The position numbers and the translations under genes were made by a program. A DNA stretch of 64,000 nucleotides, from NCBI GenBank assembly GCA_964016885.1, contig OZ024750.1, positions 41,230,001-41,294,000 of the forward strand, given 5' to 3'. Source of the DNA: Eledone cirrhosa. Its lineage: Eukaryota. Shown piece by piece: positions 28,201 through 42,139 of the stretch (position 1 is its first letter; every line of letters begins with the position of its first letter). Below the pieces are notes generated by a model. The model did not search any database. It had not been told where the DNA came from and saw nothing but the letters and a program-made list of their open reading frames with translations.

Positions 28201-31200
28201 GCTAGCTACTAGTTACAAGTGGACATGACTAAGGTAGCTACTAGTTACAAGTGGACATGACTAAGGTAGCTACTAGTTACAAGTGGACATTACTAAGGTA
28301 GCTACTAGTTACAAGTGGACATCACTAAGGTAGCTACTAGTTACAAGTGAACATGACTAATGTAGCTACTAGTTACAAGTGGACATGACTAAGGTAGCTA
28401 CTAGTTACAGGCTGGACATGACTGAGATAGCTACTAGTTATAAGTGGTCATTACTAGGGTAGCTACTAGTTACAGGCTGGACATGACTAAGGTAGCTACT
28501 AGTTACAAGTGGACATCACTAAGGTAGCTACTAGTTACAAGTGGACATTACTAAGGTAGCTACCAGTTACAAGTGGACATTACTAGGGTAGCTACTAGTT
28601 ACAAGTGGACATTACTAAGGTAGCTACTAGTTACAAGTGGACATGACTAGGGTAGCTACTAGTTACAGGCTGGACATGACTAAGGTAGCTACTAGTTACA
28701 AGTGGACATGACTAAGGTAGCTACTAGTTACAAGTGGACATTACTAAGGTAGCTACTAGTTACAAGTGGACATGACTAAGGTAGCTACTAGTTACAAGTG
28801 GACATTACTAAGGTAGCTACTAGTTACAAGTGGACATTACTAGGGTAGCTACTAGTTACAGGCTGGACATGACTAAGGTAGCTACTAGTTACAAGTGGAC
28901 ATTACTAAGGTAGCTACTAGTTACAAGTGGACATTACTAAGGTAGCTACTAGTTACAAGTGGACATGACTAAGGTAGCTACTAGTTACAGGCTGGACATT
29001 ACTAAGGTAGCTACTAGTTACAAGTGGACGTTACTAAGGTAGCTACTAGTTACAAGTGGACGTTACTAAGGTAGCTACTAGTTACAAGTGGACATTACTA
29101 AGGTAGCTACTAGTTACAAGTGGACATTACTAAGGTAGCTACTAGTTACAAGTGGACATTACTAAGGTAGCTACTAGTTACAAGTGGACATTACTAAGGT
29201 AGCTACTAGTTACAAGTGGACATTACTAAGGTAGCTACTAGTTACAAGTGGACATTACTAAGGTAGCTACTAGTTGCAAGTGGACATTACTAAGGTAGCT
29301 ACGAGTTACAAGTGGACATTACTAAGGTACCTACTAGTTACAGGCTGGACATGACTAAGGTAGCTACTAGTTACAAGTGGACATGACTAATGTAGCTACT
29401 AGTTACAAGTGGACATGAGTAAGGTAGCTACTAGTTACAGGCTGGACATGACTAAGGTAGCTACTAGTTACAAGCTGGACATGACTAAGATAGCTACTAG
29501 TTACAAGTGGATATTACTAGGGTAGCTACTAGTTACAAGTGGACATTACTAAGGTAGCTACTAGTTACAAGTGGACATTACTAGGGTAGCTACTAGTTAC
29601 AAGTGGACATTACTAAGGTAGCTACTAGTTACAGGTGGACATTACTAAGGTAGGTACTAGTTACAAGTGGACATTACTAAGGTAGCTACTAGTTACAAGT
29701 GGACATTACTAAAGTAGCTACTAGTTACAAGTGGACATTACTAAAGTAGCTACTAGTTACAAGTGGACATTACTAAGGTAGCTACTAGTTACAAGTGGAC
29801 ATTACTAAGGTAGCTACTAGTTACAAGTGGACATGACTAATGTAGCTACTAGTTACAAGTGGACATGAGTAAGGTAGCTACTAGTTACAAGTGGACATTA
29901 CTAAAGTAGCTACTAGTTACAGGTGGACATTACTAAGGTAGCTACTAGTTACAAGCTGGACATTACTAAGGTAGCTACTGGTTACAAGTGGACATTACTA
30001 AAGTAGCTACTAGTTACAGGTGGACATTACTAAGGTAGCTACTAGTTACAAGTGGACATTACTAAGGTAGCTACTAGTTACAAGCTGGACATGACTAAGG
30101 TAGCTACTAGTTACAAGCTGGACATGACTAATGTAGCTACTAGTTACAGGCTGGACATGACTAAGGTATCTACTAGTTACAAGTGGATATGACTAATGTA
30201 GCTACTAGTTACAAGTGGACATTACTAAGGTAGCTACTAGTTACAGGTGGACATTACTAAAGTAGCTACTAGTTACAAGTGGACATTACTAAAGTAGCTA
30301 CTAGTTACAGGTGGACATTACTAAGGTAGCTACTAGTTACAAGTGGACATTACTAAGGTAGCTACTAGTTACACGTGGACATTACTAAGGTAGCTACTAG
30401 TTACAAGCTGGACATTACTAAGGTAGCTACTAGTTACAAGCTGGACATTACTAAGGTAGCTACTAGTTACAAGTGGACATTACTAAGGTAGCTACTAGTT
30501 ACAAGTGGACATGACTAAGGTAGCTACTAGTTACAAGTGGACGTTACTAATGTAGCTACTAGTTACAAGTGGACATTACTAAGGTAGCTACTAGTTACAA
30601 GCTGGACATTACTAAGGTAGCTACTAGTTACAAGCTGGACATGACTAAGGTAGCTACTAGTTACAAGCTGGACATGACTAATGTAGCTACTAGTTACAAG
30701 CTGGACATGACTAAGGTAGCTACTAGTTACAAGTGGACATGACTAATGTAGCTACTAGTTACAAGTGGACATTACTAAGGTAGCTACTAGTTACAAGTGG
30801 ACATTACTAAGGTAGCTACTAGTTACAAGCTGGACATTACTAAGGTAGCTACTAGTTACAAGTGGACATTACTAAGCTAGCTACTAGTTACAAGTGGACA
30901 TGACTAAGGTAGCTACTAGTTACAAGTGGACATGACTAAGGTAGCTACTAGTTACAAGTGGACATTACTAAGGTAGCTACTAGTTACAAGTGGACATTAC
31001 TAAGGTAGCTACTAGTTACAAGTGGACATCACTAAGGTAGCTACTAGTTACAAGTGGACATCACTAAGGTAGCTACTAGTTACAAGTGGACATGACTAAG
31101 GTAGCTACTAGTTACAAGTGGACATTACTAAGGTAGCTACTAGTTACAAGTGGACATTACTAAGGTAGCTACTAGTTACAAGTGGACATGACTAAGGTAG

Positions 31201-34200
31201 CTACTAGTTACAAGCGGACATGACTAAGGTAGCTACTAGTTACAAGCGGACATGACTAAGGTAGCTACTAGTTACAAGCGGACATGACTAAGGTAGCTAC
31301 TAGTTACAGGCTGGACATGACTAAGATAGCTACTAGTTACAAGTGGACATTACTAGGGTAGCTACTAGTTACAGGCTGGACATGACTAAGGTAGCTACTA
31401 GTTACAAGTGGACATTACTAAGGTAGCTACTAGTTACAAGTGGACATCACTAAGGTAGCTACTAGTCACAAGTGGACATGACTAAGGTAGCTACTAGTTA
31501 CAAGTGGACATGACTAAGATAGCTACTAGTTACAAGTGGACATGACTAAGGTAGCTACTAGTTACAAGTGGACATGACTAAGGTAGCTACTAGTTACAAG
31601 TGGACATGACTAAGGTAGCTACTAGTTACAAGTGGACATGACTAAGATAGCTACTAGTTACACGTGGACATTACTAAGGTAGCTACTAGTTACAAGCTGG
31701 ACATGACTAATGTAGTTACTAGTTACAAGTGGACATGACTAAGGTAGCTACTAGTTACAAGTGGACGTTACTAAGGTAGCTACTAGTTACAAGTGGACGT
31801 TACTAATGTAGCTACTAGTTACAAGTGGACATGACTAATGTAGCTACTAGTTACAAGTGGACATTACTAAGGTAGCTACTAGTTACAAGCTGGACATTAC
31901 TAAGGTAGCTACTAGTTACAAGCTGGACATTACTAAGGTAGCTACTAGTTACAAGTGGACATTACTAAGGTAGCTACTAGTTACAAGTGGACATTACTAA
32001 GGTAGCTACTAGTTACAAGTGGACATTACTAAGGTAGCTACTAGTTACAAGTGGACATTACTAAGCTAGCTACTAGTTACAAGTGGACATGACTAAGGTA
32101 GCTACTAGTTACAAGTGGACATTACTAAGGTAGCTACTAGTTACAAGTGGACATCACTAAGGTAGCTACTAGTTACAAGTGGACATCACTAAGGTAGCTA
32201 CTAGTTACAAGTGGACATGACTAAGGTAGCTACTAGTTACAAGTGAACATTACTAAGGTAGCTACTAGTTACAAGTGGACATGACTAAGGTAGCTACTAG
32301 TTACAAGCGGACATGACTAAGGTAGCTACTAGTTACAAGCGGACATGACTAAGGTAGCTACTAGTTACAGGCTGGACATGACTAAGATAGCTACTAGTTA
32401 CAGGCTGGACATGACTAAGATAGCTACTAGTTACAAGTGGACATTACTAGGGTAGCTACTAGTTACAGGCTGGAGATGACTAAGGTAGCTACTAGTTACA
32501 AGTGGACATTACTAAGGTAGCTACTAGTTACAAGTGGACATCACTAAGGTAGCTACTAGTTACAAGTGGACATGACTAAGGTAGCTACTAGTTACAAGTG
32601 GACATGACTAAGGTAGCTACTAGTTACAAGTGGACATGACTAAGGTAGCTACTAGTTACAAGTGGACATTACTAAGGTAGCTACTAGTTACAGGTGGACA
32701 TGACTAAGGTAGCTACTAGTTACAGGCTGGACATGACTAAGGTAGCTACTAGTTACAAGTGGACATTACTAGGGTAGCTACTAGTTACAGGCTGGACATG
32801 ACTAAGGTAGCTACTAGTTACAAGTGGACATGACTAAGGTAGCTACTAGTTACAAGTGGACATTACTAAAGTAGCTACTAGTTACAGGTGGACATGACTA
32901 AGGTAGCTACTAGTTACAGGCTGGACATGACTAAGGTAGCTACTAGTTACAAGTGGACATGACTAAGGTAGCTACTAGTTACAAGTGGACATTACTAAGG
33001 TAGCTACTAGTTACAAGTGGACATTACTAAGGTAGCTACTAGTTACAAGTGGACGTTACTAAGGTAGCTACTAGTTACAAGTGGACATTACTAAGGTAGC
33101 TACTAGTTACAAGTGGACATTACTAAGGTAGCTACTAGTTACAAGTGGACATGACTAAGGTAGCTACTAGTTACAAGTGGACATTACTAAGGTAGCTACT
33201 AGTTACAGGTGGACATGACTAAGGTAGCTACTAGTTACAGGCTGGACATGACTAAGGTAGCTACTAGTTACAAGTGGACATTACTAGGGTAGCTACTAGT
33301 TACAGGCTGGACATGACTAAGGTAGCTACTAGTTACAAGTGGACATGACTAAGGTAGCTACTAGTTACAAGTGGACATTACTAAAGTAGCTACTAGTTAC
33401 AGGTGGACATGACTAAGGTAGCTACTAGTTACAGGCTGGACATGACTAAGGTAGCTACTAGTTACAAGTGGACATGACTAAGGTAGCTACTAGTTACAAG
33501 TGGACATTACTAAGGTAGCTACTAGTTACAAGTGGACATTACTAAGGTAGCTACTAGTTACAAGTGGACGTTACTAAGGTAGCTACTAGTTACAAGTGGA
33601 CATTACTAAGGTAGCTACTAGTTACAAGTGGACATTACTAAGGTAGCTACTAGTTACAAGTGGACATTACTAAGGTAGCTACTAGTTACAAGTGGACATT
33701 ACTAAGGTAGCTACTAGTTACAAGTGGACGTTACTAAGGTAGCTACTAGTTACAAGTGGACATTACTAAGGTAGCTACTAGTTACAAGTGGACATTACTA
33801 AGGTAGCTACTAGTTACAAGTGGACATTACTAAGGTACCTACTAGTTACAAGTGGACGTTACTAAGGTAGCTACTAGTTACAAGTGGACATTACTAAGGT
33901 AGCTACTAGTTACAAGTGGACATTACTAAAGTAGCTACTAGTTACAAGTGGACATTTCTAAGGTAGCTACTAGTTACAAGTGGACATTACTAAGGTAGCT
34001 ACTAGTTACAAGTGGACATTACTAAGGTAGCTACTAGTTACAAGTGGACATTACTAAGGTAGCTACTAGTTACAAGTGGACATTACTAAGGTAGCTACTA
34101 GTTACAAGTGGACATTACTAAGGTACCTACTAGTTACAGGCTGGACATGACTAAGGTAGCTACTAGTTACAAGTGGACATGACTAATGTAGCTACTAGTT

Positions 34201-37200
34201 ACAAGTGGACATGAGTAAGGTAGCTACTAGTTACAGGCTGGACATGACTAAGGTAGCTACTAGTTACAAGTGGACATTACTAAGGTAGCTACTAGTTACA
34301 AGTGGACGTTACTAAGGTAGCTACTAGTTACAAGTGGACATTACTAAGGTAGCTACTAGTTACAAGTGGATATTACTAGGGTAGCTACTAGTTACAAGCT
34401 GGATATTATTAAGGTAGCTACTAGTTACAAGTGGACATTACTAAGGTAGCTACTAGTTACAGGTGGACATTACTAAGGTAGCTACTAGTTACAGGTGGAC
34501 ATTACTAAGGTAGCTACTAGTTACAAGTGGACATTACTAAGGTAGCTACTAGTTACAAGTGGACATTACTAAAGTAGCTACTAGTTACAAGTGGACATTA
34601 CTAAGGTAGCTACTAGTTACAAGTGGACATTACTAAGGTAGCTACTAGTTACAAGTGGACATGACTAATGTAGCTACTAGTTACAAGTGGACATGAGTAA
34701 GGTAGCTACTAGTTACAAGTGGACATGACTAAGGTAGCTACTAGTTACAAGCTGGACATGACTAATGTAGCTACTAGTTACAAGCTGGACATGACTAAGG
34801 TAGCTACTAGTTACAAGTGGACATGACTAATGTAGCTACTAGTTACAAGTGGACATTACTAAGGGAGCTACTAGTTACAAGTGGACATTACTAAGGTAGC
34901 TACTAGTTACAAGTGGACATTACTAAGGTAGCTACTAGTTACAAGTGGACATTACTAAGGTAGCTACTAGTTACAAGTGGACATTACTAAGGTAGCTACT
35001 AGTTACAAGTGGACATTACTAAGCTAGCTACTAGTTACAAGTGGACATGACTAAGGTAGCTACTAGTTACAAGTGGACATGACTAAGGTAGCTACTAGTT
35101 ACAAGTGGACATTACTAAGGTAGCTACTAGTTACAAGTGGACATCACTAAGGTAGCTACTAGTTACAAGTGGACATCACTAAGGTAGCTACTAGTTACAA
35201 GTGGACATGACTAAGGTAGCTACTAGTTACAAGTGGACATTACTAAGGTAGCTACTAGTTACAAGTGGACATGACTAAGGTAGCTACTAGTTACAAGCGG
35301 ACATGACTAAGGTAGCTACTAGTTACAAGCGGACATGACTAAGGTAGCTACTAGTTACAGGCTGGACATGACTAAGATAGCTACTAGTTACAAGTGGACA
35401 TTACTAGGGTAGCTACTAGTTACAGGCTGGACATGACTAAGGTAGCTACTAGTTACAAGTGGACATTACTAAGGTAGCTACTAGTTACAAGTGGACATCA
35501 CTAAGGTAGCTACTAGTTACAAGTGGACATGACTAAGGTAGCTACTAGTTACAAGTGGACATTACTAAGATAGCTACTAGTTACACGTGGACATTACTAA
35601 GGTAGCTACTAGTTACAAGCTGGACATTACTAAGGTAGCTACTAGTTACACATGGACATTACTAAGGTAGCTACTAGTTACAAGTGGACATGACTAAGGT
35701 AGCTACTAGTTACAAGTGGACATGACTAAGGTAGCTACTAGTTACAAGTGGACATGACTAAGGTAGCTACTAGTTACAAGTGGACGTTACTAATGTAGCT
35801 ACTAGTTACAAGTGGACATTACTAAGGTAGCTACTAGTTACAGGCTGGACATGACTAAGGTAGCTACTAGTTACAAGCTGGACATGACTAATGTAGCTAC
35901 TAGTTACAAGTGGACATTACTAAGCTAGCTACTAGTTACAAGTGGACATGACTAAGGTAGCTACTAGTTACAAGTGGACATGACTAAAGTAGCTACTAGT
36001 TACAAGTGGACATTACTAAGGTAGCTACTAGTTACAAGTGGACATCACTAAGGTAGCTACTAGTTACAAGTGGACATGACTAAGGTAGCTACTAGTTACA
36101 GGCTGGACATGACTAAGATAGCTACTAGTTACAAGTGGACATTACTAGGGTAGCTACTAGTTACAGGCTGGACATGACTAAGGTAGCTACTAGTTACAAG
36201 TGGACATTACTAAGGTAGCTACTAGTTACAAGTGGACATCACTAAGGTAGCTACTAGTTACAGGCTGGACATGACTAAGATAGCTACTAGTTACAAGTGG
36301 ACATTACTAGGGTAGCTACTAGTTACAGGCTGGACATGACTAAGGTAGCTACTAGTTACAAGTGGACATTACTAAGGTAGCTACTAGTTACAAGTGGACA
36401 TCACTAAGGTAGCTACTAGTTACAAGTGGACATGACTAAGGTAGCTACTAGTTACAAGTGGACATTACTAAGGTAGCTACTAATTACAAGTGGACATGAC
36501 TAAGGTAGCTACTAGTTACAAGTGGACATGACTAAGGTAGCTACTAGTTACAAGTGGACATGACTAAGGTAGCTACTAGTTACAAGTGGACATTACTAAG
36601 GTAGCTACTAGTTACAAGTGGACATGACTAAGGTAGCTACTAGTTACAAGTGGACATTACTAAGGTAGCTACTAGTTACAAGTGGACATTACTAGGGTAG
36701 CTACTAGTTACAGGCTGGACATGACTAAGGTAGCTACTAGTTACAAGTGGACATTACTAAAGTAGCTACTAGTTACAGGTGGACATTACTAAGGTAGCTA
36801 CTAGTTACAAGCTGGACATTACTAAGGTAGCTACTAGTTACAAGCTGGACATTACTAAGGTAGCTATTAGTTACAAGTGGACATTACTAAGGTAGCTACT
36901 AGTTACAAGTGGACATGACTAATGTAGCTACTAGTTACAAGTGGACATTACTAAGGTAGCTACTAGTTACAAGTGGACATGACTAATGTAGCTACTAGTT
37001 ACAAGTGGACATGACTAAGGTAGCTACTAGTTACAAGTGGACATGACTAAGGTAGCTACTAGTTACAAGTGGACATGACTAAGGTAGCTACTAGTTACAG
37101 GTGGACATTACTAAGGTAGCTACTAGTTACAAGCTGGACATTACTAAGGTAGCTACTAGTTACAAGTGGACATGACTAATGTAGCTACTAGTTACAAGTG

Positions 37201-37315
37201 GACATTACTAAGGTAGCTACTAGTTACAAGTGGACATGACTAAGGTAGCTACTAGTTACAAGTGGACATGACTAAGGTAGCTACTAGTTACAAGTGGACA
37301 TGACTAAGGTAGCTA
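19273..37315. repeat. Satellite 2: 32-bp unit GTAGCTACTAGTTACAAGTGGACAT(G/T)ACTAAG (33-bp GCTGG variants), roughly 550 copies
   Basis: Period 32 (GTAGCT at 19273 and 19305); continuous except for the insertion at 22138-22621. Confidence 0.99.
22138..22621 (-). mobile_element. 5'-truncated Tx1/L1-like non-LTR retrotransposon (ORF2 C-terminus plus 3' UTR)
   Basis: Open frame AMAKEVVWWTRLKG...LVRFFRYHFGRRIRMERE...FYERW to stop at 22401; AATAAA at 22145-22150 (minus); 22-bp TSD ACAAGTGGACATGACTAAGGTA at 22116-22137 and 22622-22643. Clade assigned from motif recall. Confidence 0.8.
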
Positions 37316-37671
37316 TCAGTTCAATGTTGGAGAGTTGGGTTATTTATTCAGTTGAATAGAACTTGTTAATATAAAGGATCCTACGTGACTATAGTTTTAC
37401 TTAGATAAATACAGTATGACATGACAATAGTTCTGCTAGTTATTCAACTTCCAATGTCCTAGATAGATATGGCTGTAATGTTTAGCTGTTAAACTAACAA
37501 CAAAGGAGGAGCTGATGGACACAAATAACAGCTTTGTTTTTATCAAAAGAATGTATAATGGTCTTATGAAATCTCTGTAAATGGTGAAAAGTCTGGGTCC
37601 TGTCATCAATAATTATTGAAAGGATCCGATTTGTATCTGGTTGAATCTCTTCAAGGTTATTCTCAACTGTA

Positions 37672-37768
37672 CAGTGGAACTTCGGTTTACGAACTTAATT
37701 CATTCCTGAAGGCCATTCATCATCTGAAATGTTTGTAAACTGAAACGATTTTTCCCATTGGAAAATGT
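37672..37768 (+). mobile_element. Tigger/pogo-like DNA transposon terminus
   Basis: TA|CAGTGGAACTTCGGTTTACGAACTTAATTCATTCC...TTTTTCCCATTGGAAAAT resembles Tigger-family left ends. Confidence 0.55.
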
Positions 37769-37859
37769 TAAGGCAGAAATACAGTGAGAGAGAGAGTGTG
37801 TGTGTGTGTGAAAGACAGATAGATATCACCATAGTAACTAACTACACAGCAAGTGATGC

Positions 37860-38090
37860 TTTCCTGCTGATACTCCCAGGCTTCTTCATTTCTTGTGTCA
37901 AACCCGTGGGCTCCATGGACTCTATAGAAGCCGTCACGGTGTTTACCTACGTGTCCGTTAAAATCTCCTGCAATGATTAGGAAGTCATTGTCGTTTGTTA
38001 GAGCAGTAGTGTGCATTAAGGGCTCGTAAAACCTATCCTTAAGTTCGTCTGGCAACCCCGATTGGGGTGCGTAAGCTGATATTATTGTCA
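37860..38090 (-). mobile_element. RTE LINE AP-endonuclease fragment
   Basis: LTIISAYAPQSG...KDRFYE...IIAGDFNGHVG...GAHGF..RNEE; APE motifs AYAP and GDFN. Confidence 0.85.
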
Positions 38091-38327
38091 GTTCCCGTAT
38101 GAGCAAAGCATGGTCAGCCGACCGGCTACTGCCCACAACAGGACAACCCGTCTAATCCATGCTAGCGTGGAAGAACGGACGTATGATGATGATGATGAAT
38201 CGACCCCAGTACTGGAGTGGTACCTTTTTTATCGACCTCGAATGGATGAAAAGCAAAGTGTTTCCGTATGAAAGCTAAAGGAAAGGAGAGTACTCTATGT
38301 AGACTACAGAGCTTTTTAGTTATGTAA

Positions 38328-38362
<35 letters not shown>

Positions 38363-38538
38363 CTGTCAGCTTTTTGGATATAAGTATGCACCCTGGTTAA
38401 AACATGTTTGATAGACAAGTATGAGATTGAAGCTCAATAATAATTTTGGAGATTAAGAGTTTTTAAAACTAACATACTTCTTAAAGGAAATATTAGGCCA
38501 GGTTATTTTGAGACAAAACTATTACCAATATACATTAA

Positions 38539-39288
38539 CCCTTTAGCATTTACATTACTCTATCATCATCATCATCATCACCGTTTTACGTCCGTTCTTC
38601 CACGCTAGCATGGGTTAGGCGGGTTGTCCTGTTGTGGGCAGTGTCTCGTCGGCTGACCATGCCTTGCTCATACAGGAACTGATTTGGCTTGATTTCTACA
38701 GCTGGATGCCCTTCCTAACACCAACCTCATTTACAGTGAGTGCTGGGTGCTTTTTCGTGGCGCCTACACGTCCACTTTACAGTGTGGGCTGGGTGCTTTT
38801 TTTGCCGTGGCACCTCCACGACCACCTTGCAGTGGGAGGGTGTGGGGGCATATTGTCTATATGCTTCAGCTTGTACCCATGGGAGGTCGGGTACTCTGTA
38901 TTTACTATATTTTCACAGTAAAGGCTTTACCTCATATAATATCTCACATAACATTTACATTGCTCTATATATACTATTATATTTTCACAGTAAAGGCTTT
39001 ACCTCACATAATATCTCACATAACATTTACATTACTCTATATATACTATTGTATTTTCATGGTAAAGGCTTTACCTCACATAATATCTCACAACATTTAC
39101 ATTACTCTATATACTATTGTATTTTCGTGGTAAAGGCTTTACCTCACATAATATTGAATCTATGAGATTTTCATGTTATTTATTTTGAGAACAATACCTT
39201 ATCAGTATGAGCGGCCAGTTATGCCCGGATTAAACAGAAAGGTGTCAAAGAATTTTGGCCGGATACGGCCAGTTTAAATGTTAAAGGG
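38539..39288. mobile_element. piggyBac-type MITE (family 1) with ~3.5 72-bp units, interrupted by a SINE (~38563-38890, minus)
   Basis: TTAA|CCCTTTAGCATT ... ATGTTAAAGGG|TTAA; nested (CAT)n-tailed SINE. Confidence 0.8.
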
Positions 39289-39409
39289 TTAAACCATGAA
39301 GCCGAGGAAACTGACTGATGATAAAGTTTTTTTCAAAGAAGTTCCTCCAATATGAATAGGACTAGATATTTCACAGAAACAGTAAGTGGGATTTGACTAA
39401 ATTTACAAA

Positions 39410-39620
39410 TAATGGTTTCTTGGCACAAGGCCAGCAATTTGAAGGAAAGGGGTAAGTTGATTAAATTGACCCCAGGTGTGTTACTGGTACTTCATTTTAT
39501 TGATCCCTGAAGGTTGAAAGGCGAAGTTAACCTTGAGGGATTCAGAAAATTAAAGGGCCATAACTAAATGTTGCAATGAACTTTCGTCCAACATTAACGA
39601 TTTTGTCAATCCACTGCCGT
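39410..39620 (-). mobile_element. SINE family A, diverged
   Basis: GGCACAAGGCCAGCAATT...ACTGGTACTT..TTTTAT...GAAAGGCGAAGTTAACC. Confidence 0.75.
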
Positions 39621-40194
39621 TCTCAAATAATGAAAGCAATTTAATTTATTTCCAGAAGATATAACAATGTTTGTGTGGATCCCTAACTTCTGGTGGACGC
39701 GTAATGTTATTTGGCCTTTCTTGGCCACTTTAAACCTGCTGGATCCTATCCCCTCTCCAGATCAGCTTTTTTCTGAGAAGGAAATATAGTGAGAAGGATG
39801 GAGAGGGTTAGGGTTAGTAATGAAAGTGTTAAAACCTGGGGCACATGAAATAGCTCAAACCAACAACGGAGCCTCTGCATGGTCAATTGAGTTACTAGAA
39901 ATAACAGTCAAATACCTCTCAAAAATCAATCATTTTAAAAAATTAAAAAAACGCAGATATATTAGTTAATATAGTCATAGATAGCCCTAAAAAGACAGCT
40001 GGCCACGGCAAGATTATCATTGGTCATAGATCTACTCAATCAGGGCTAATATGGGACTAAATAGCAACCTTTGCTATTGCCATAGATAATTATTGAAACA
40101 TAAACACGACATCTCTTTAACAGACATAGATTACTAATAGCTAATCCATTGTTCTACAGAATCAGTAATATTTGGTTTCTTAACCATACATTAA

Positions 40195-40783
40195 CCCTTT
40201 AATTACCAACCTGGCCAAAACCAGCTCTAGTTCTATGAAATAAAACCACCAATTTTAAACGTTTCCCATTTAAATAAAAATTTTCCAGCATAATTTTATA
40301 TAAGAAACTTACATTAAGTGACTACCTTAGTAATGAAAATAAATAATAATTTTAGTAAATCTCTCAAAATTATTCATTAATGAATTAATGGAGCTAAAGG
40401 TGAGCGAGGCACTGCCCCATGGAGCAGATACAAACTATGCAGTGTGGAAATGCCTCAACAGATTAAGATCTGGTGTTGGACATGCAAAAGTCAATCTTGC
40501 AAAATGGGGATATTTAAAGGATGGGGACGTTGTGTGTGAGTGCAGCATCGAACCACAGACTACGTAGCACCTCATGATATGTCCCCTGCTGGAACACCCC
40601 TGCAGGAACACCCCTGCACAATATTGGACTTGGCAGTGTTTAATGAGAAAGGGCAGCAATGTGTTCAGCTGTGGCAGAACCACATCTAGCCAAGATTTGT
40701 AACTGACACACTTGTGGACACAAGAAGAAGAATTAATTAATTAAAATAGAATCTATTTCATTAGAAATGTGGTCATGAAAGGG
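40195..40783. mobile_element. piggyBac-type MITE (family 2), interrupted by a LINE fragment
   Basis: TTAA|CCCTTT ... AAAGGG|TTAA; homologous in inverse orientation to 42647 and 51725. Confidence 0.75.
40390..40730 (+). mobile_element. Ingi/Vingi-like LINE 3' end with CCHC zinc knuckle
   Basis: WKCLNRLRSGVGHAKVNLAKWGY...CECSIEPQTT*HLMIC; (GAA)n tail; AATTAAT on both sides as a probable TSD. Confidence 0.7.
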
Positions 40784-41879
40784 TTAATAAAGATGGCTTT
40801 ATGGATTATACATATCATCATCATTTTCCATGCCAGCATGGGTTGGATAGGACTTTTTGAGGCAATGTTTTACAGCTGGATGCCCTTCCTGACACAAACT
40901 CTTTTAACAATTTATTACAACATGCAGGGATGTGGTGTACCTATTCTAAACCAGATAAATACACAAACACAGGGACAAATAGAAAGATAGACAACACTAG
41001 CATTTAAGAATATTTGCCTCCACAATTGTTTTGTTTTGCATTTGTGTTCCTTGAATTCGAAATGGAAATTATCAGCTGTTTTTATTTATTTTTATTTATT
41101 TATTTATTTATTTGTGAGGTCATACCAGAAAATCCTAATCACTATCCTAGTCTGGTAGTCACAACTTATCTAATAAATTTACATCATAGATGTAAACATT
41201 CTCTAATGGTTTTGCAGAAAATTTCAACAAACGAGTTTGTAAATTCAAATGTTTATTGTATCTATATTAGTGTAGACAAATTTCTGTACAAATTTACAAT
41301 GAACTAAAGTAAAGACTTTAATTGATAGAGGGTGCAGTCACAGCACCATTTTGTACTTTTCAAGAATAATTTGCTAATGTGGTTTCGTGTGGAACAGAAC
41401 GTTAAGAGTGCCCCTAATGTATGAACGATGGAGATTTTGCAAAAATAATGTTTTTAATCAGTTTTCAAAGTTATATCATTACAAGATGTTAGAGATTATT
41501 GTGTGTTGACATGATCAAGTCTGTTTATCTTATCTTCCACACACAATACATATGTAAAATGACATGAAGTACAAATCTCAAGAGTAACTTACAGAGTATG
41601 GCTGTTGTCACACACACACACACACACACACATTACTTTCCATGCTGACATAAGTGAAGACCCAGTTGTTACAGTCCGAGTTATGACAGGATCAGATAAC
41701 CATGGAAGTCGTGATGGTGGCTTGACAAAAAAACACCCAGTCCACACTATAAAGTGGTCACGAGAGTGACATGACAAAAACCACCTGGTCCACACAGTAA
41801 AGTGGTCGTGAGAGTGCCACAACAAAAAGCACCAAATCCAACCTGTAACGTGGCCGTGTTGGTGACAACAAAAAGCATG

Positions 41880-42013
41880 TAATGGTGGTGGTGGTGGTGG
41901 TGATGATGATGATGGTGGTGGTAGTGATGGTGGTGATGGTGATGATGGTGGTGGTGATGACAGTGATAGTGGTGATAATGGTGGTGTTGGTGGTGATGTT
42001 TGTGATGATGATG
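41880..42013. repeat. (GGT)n/(GAT)n trinucleotide microsatellite
   Basis: Read directly; produces the poly-His ORF 41747..42046. Confidence 0.9.
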
Positions 42014-42139
42014 AAGATTCAGCAACACTTTACAGCAAACTGACATACCATTTCTTCTGTCTGTAATTGTGGTCGTTACTCGAGAGAGAGAAAATGAAGA
42101 TTGTTGGAGAGGATAACAATTCTTATTACTGTAACAGAA

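Noticed and set aside
19273-37315. CRISPR array (32-bp repeats with palindromes)
   Set aside because: Units are head-to-tail with no unique spacers, there are no cas genes, and the context is eukaryotic. The same applies to the 19-bp and 26-bp arrays.
37440-37670. Possible exon in unique sequence right of satellite 2
   Set aside because: Short open frames on both strands, but no recognisable protein motif or convincing splice-site pair.
39805-39818. Interstitial telomeric repeat (AGGGTTAGGGTTAG)
   Set aside because: Only about two units; expected by chance.
41747-42046. Poly-histidine protein
   Set aside because: Translation of a (GGT/GAT)n microsatellite joined to a SINE fragment.
42049-42128. 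Candidate 80-nt minus-strand exon (CAG ... GTATGT)
   Set aside because: Has a stop in the frame following exon 1, no recognisable homology, and the acceptor abuts a SINE.
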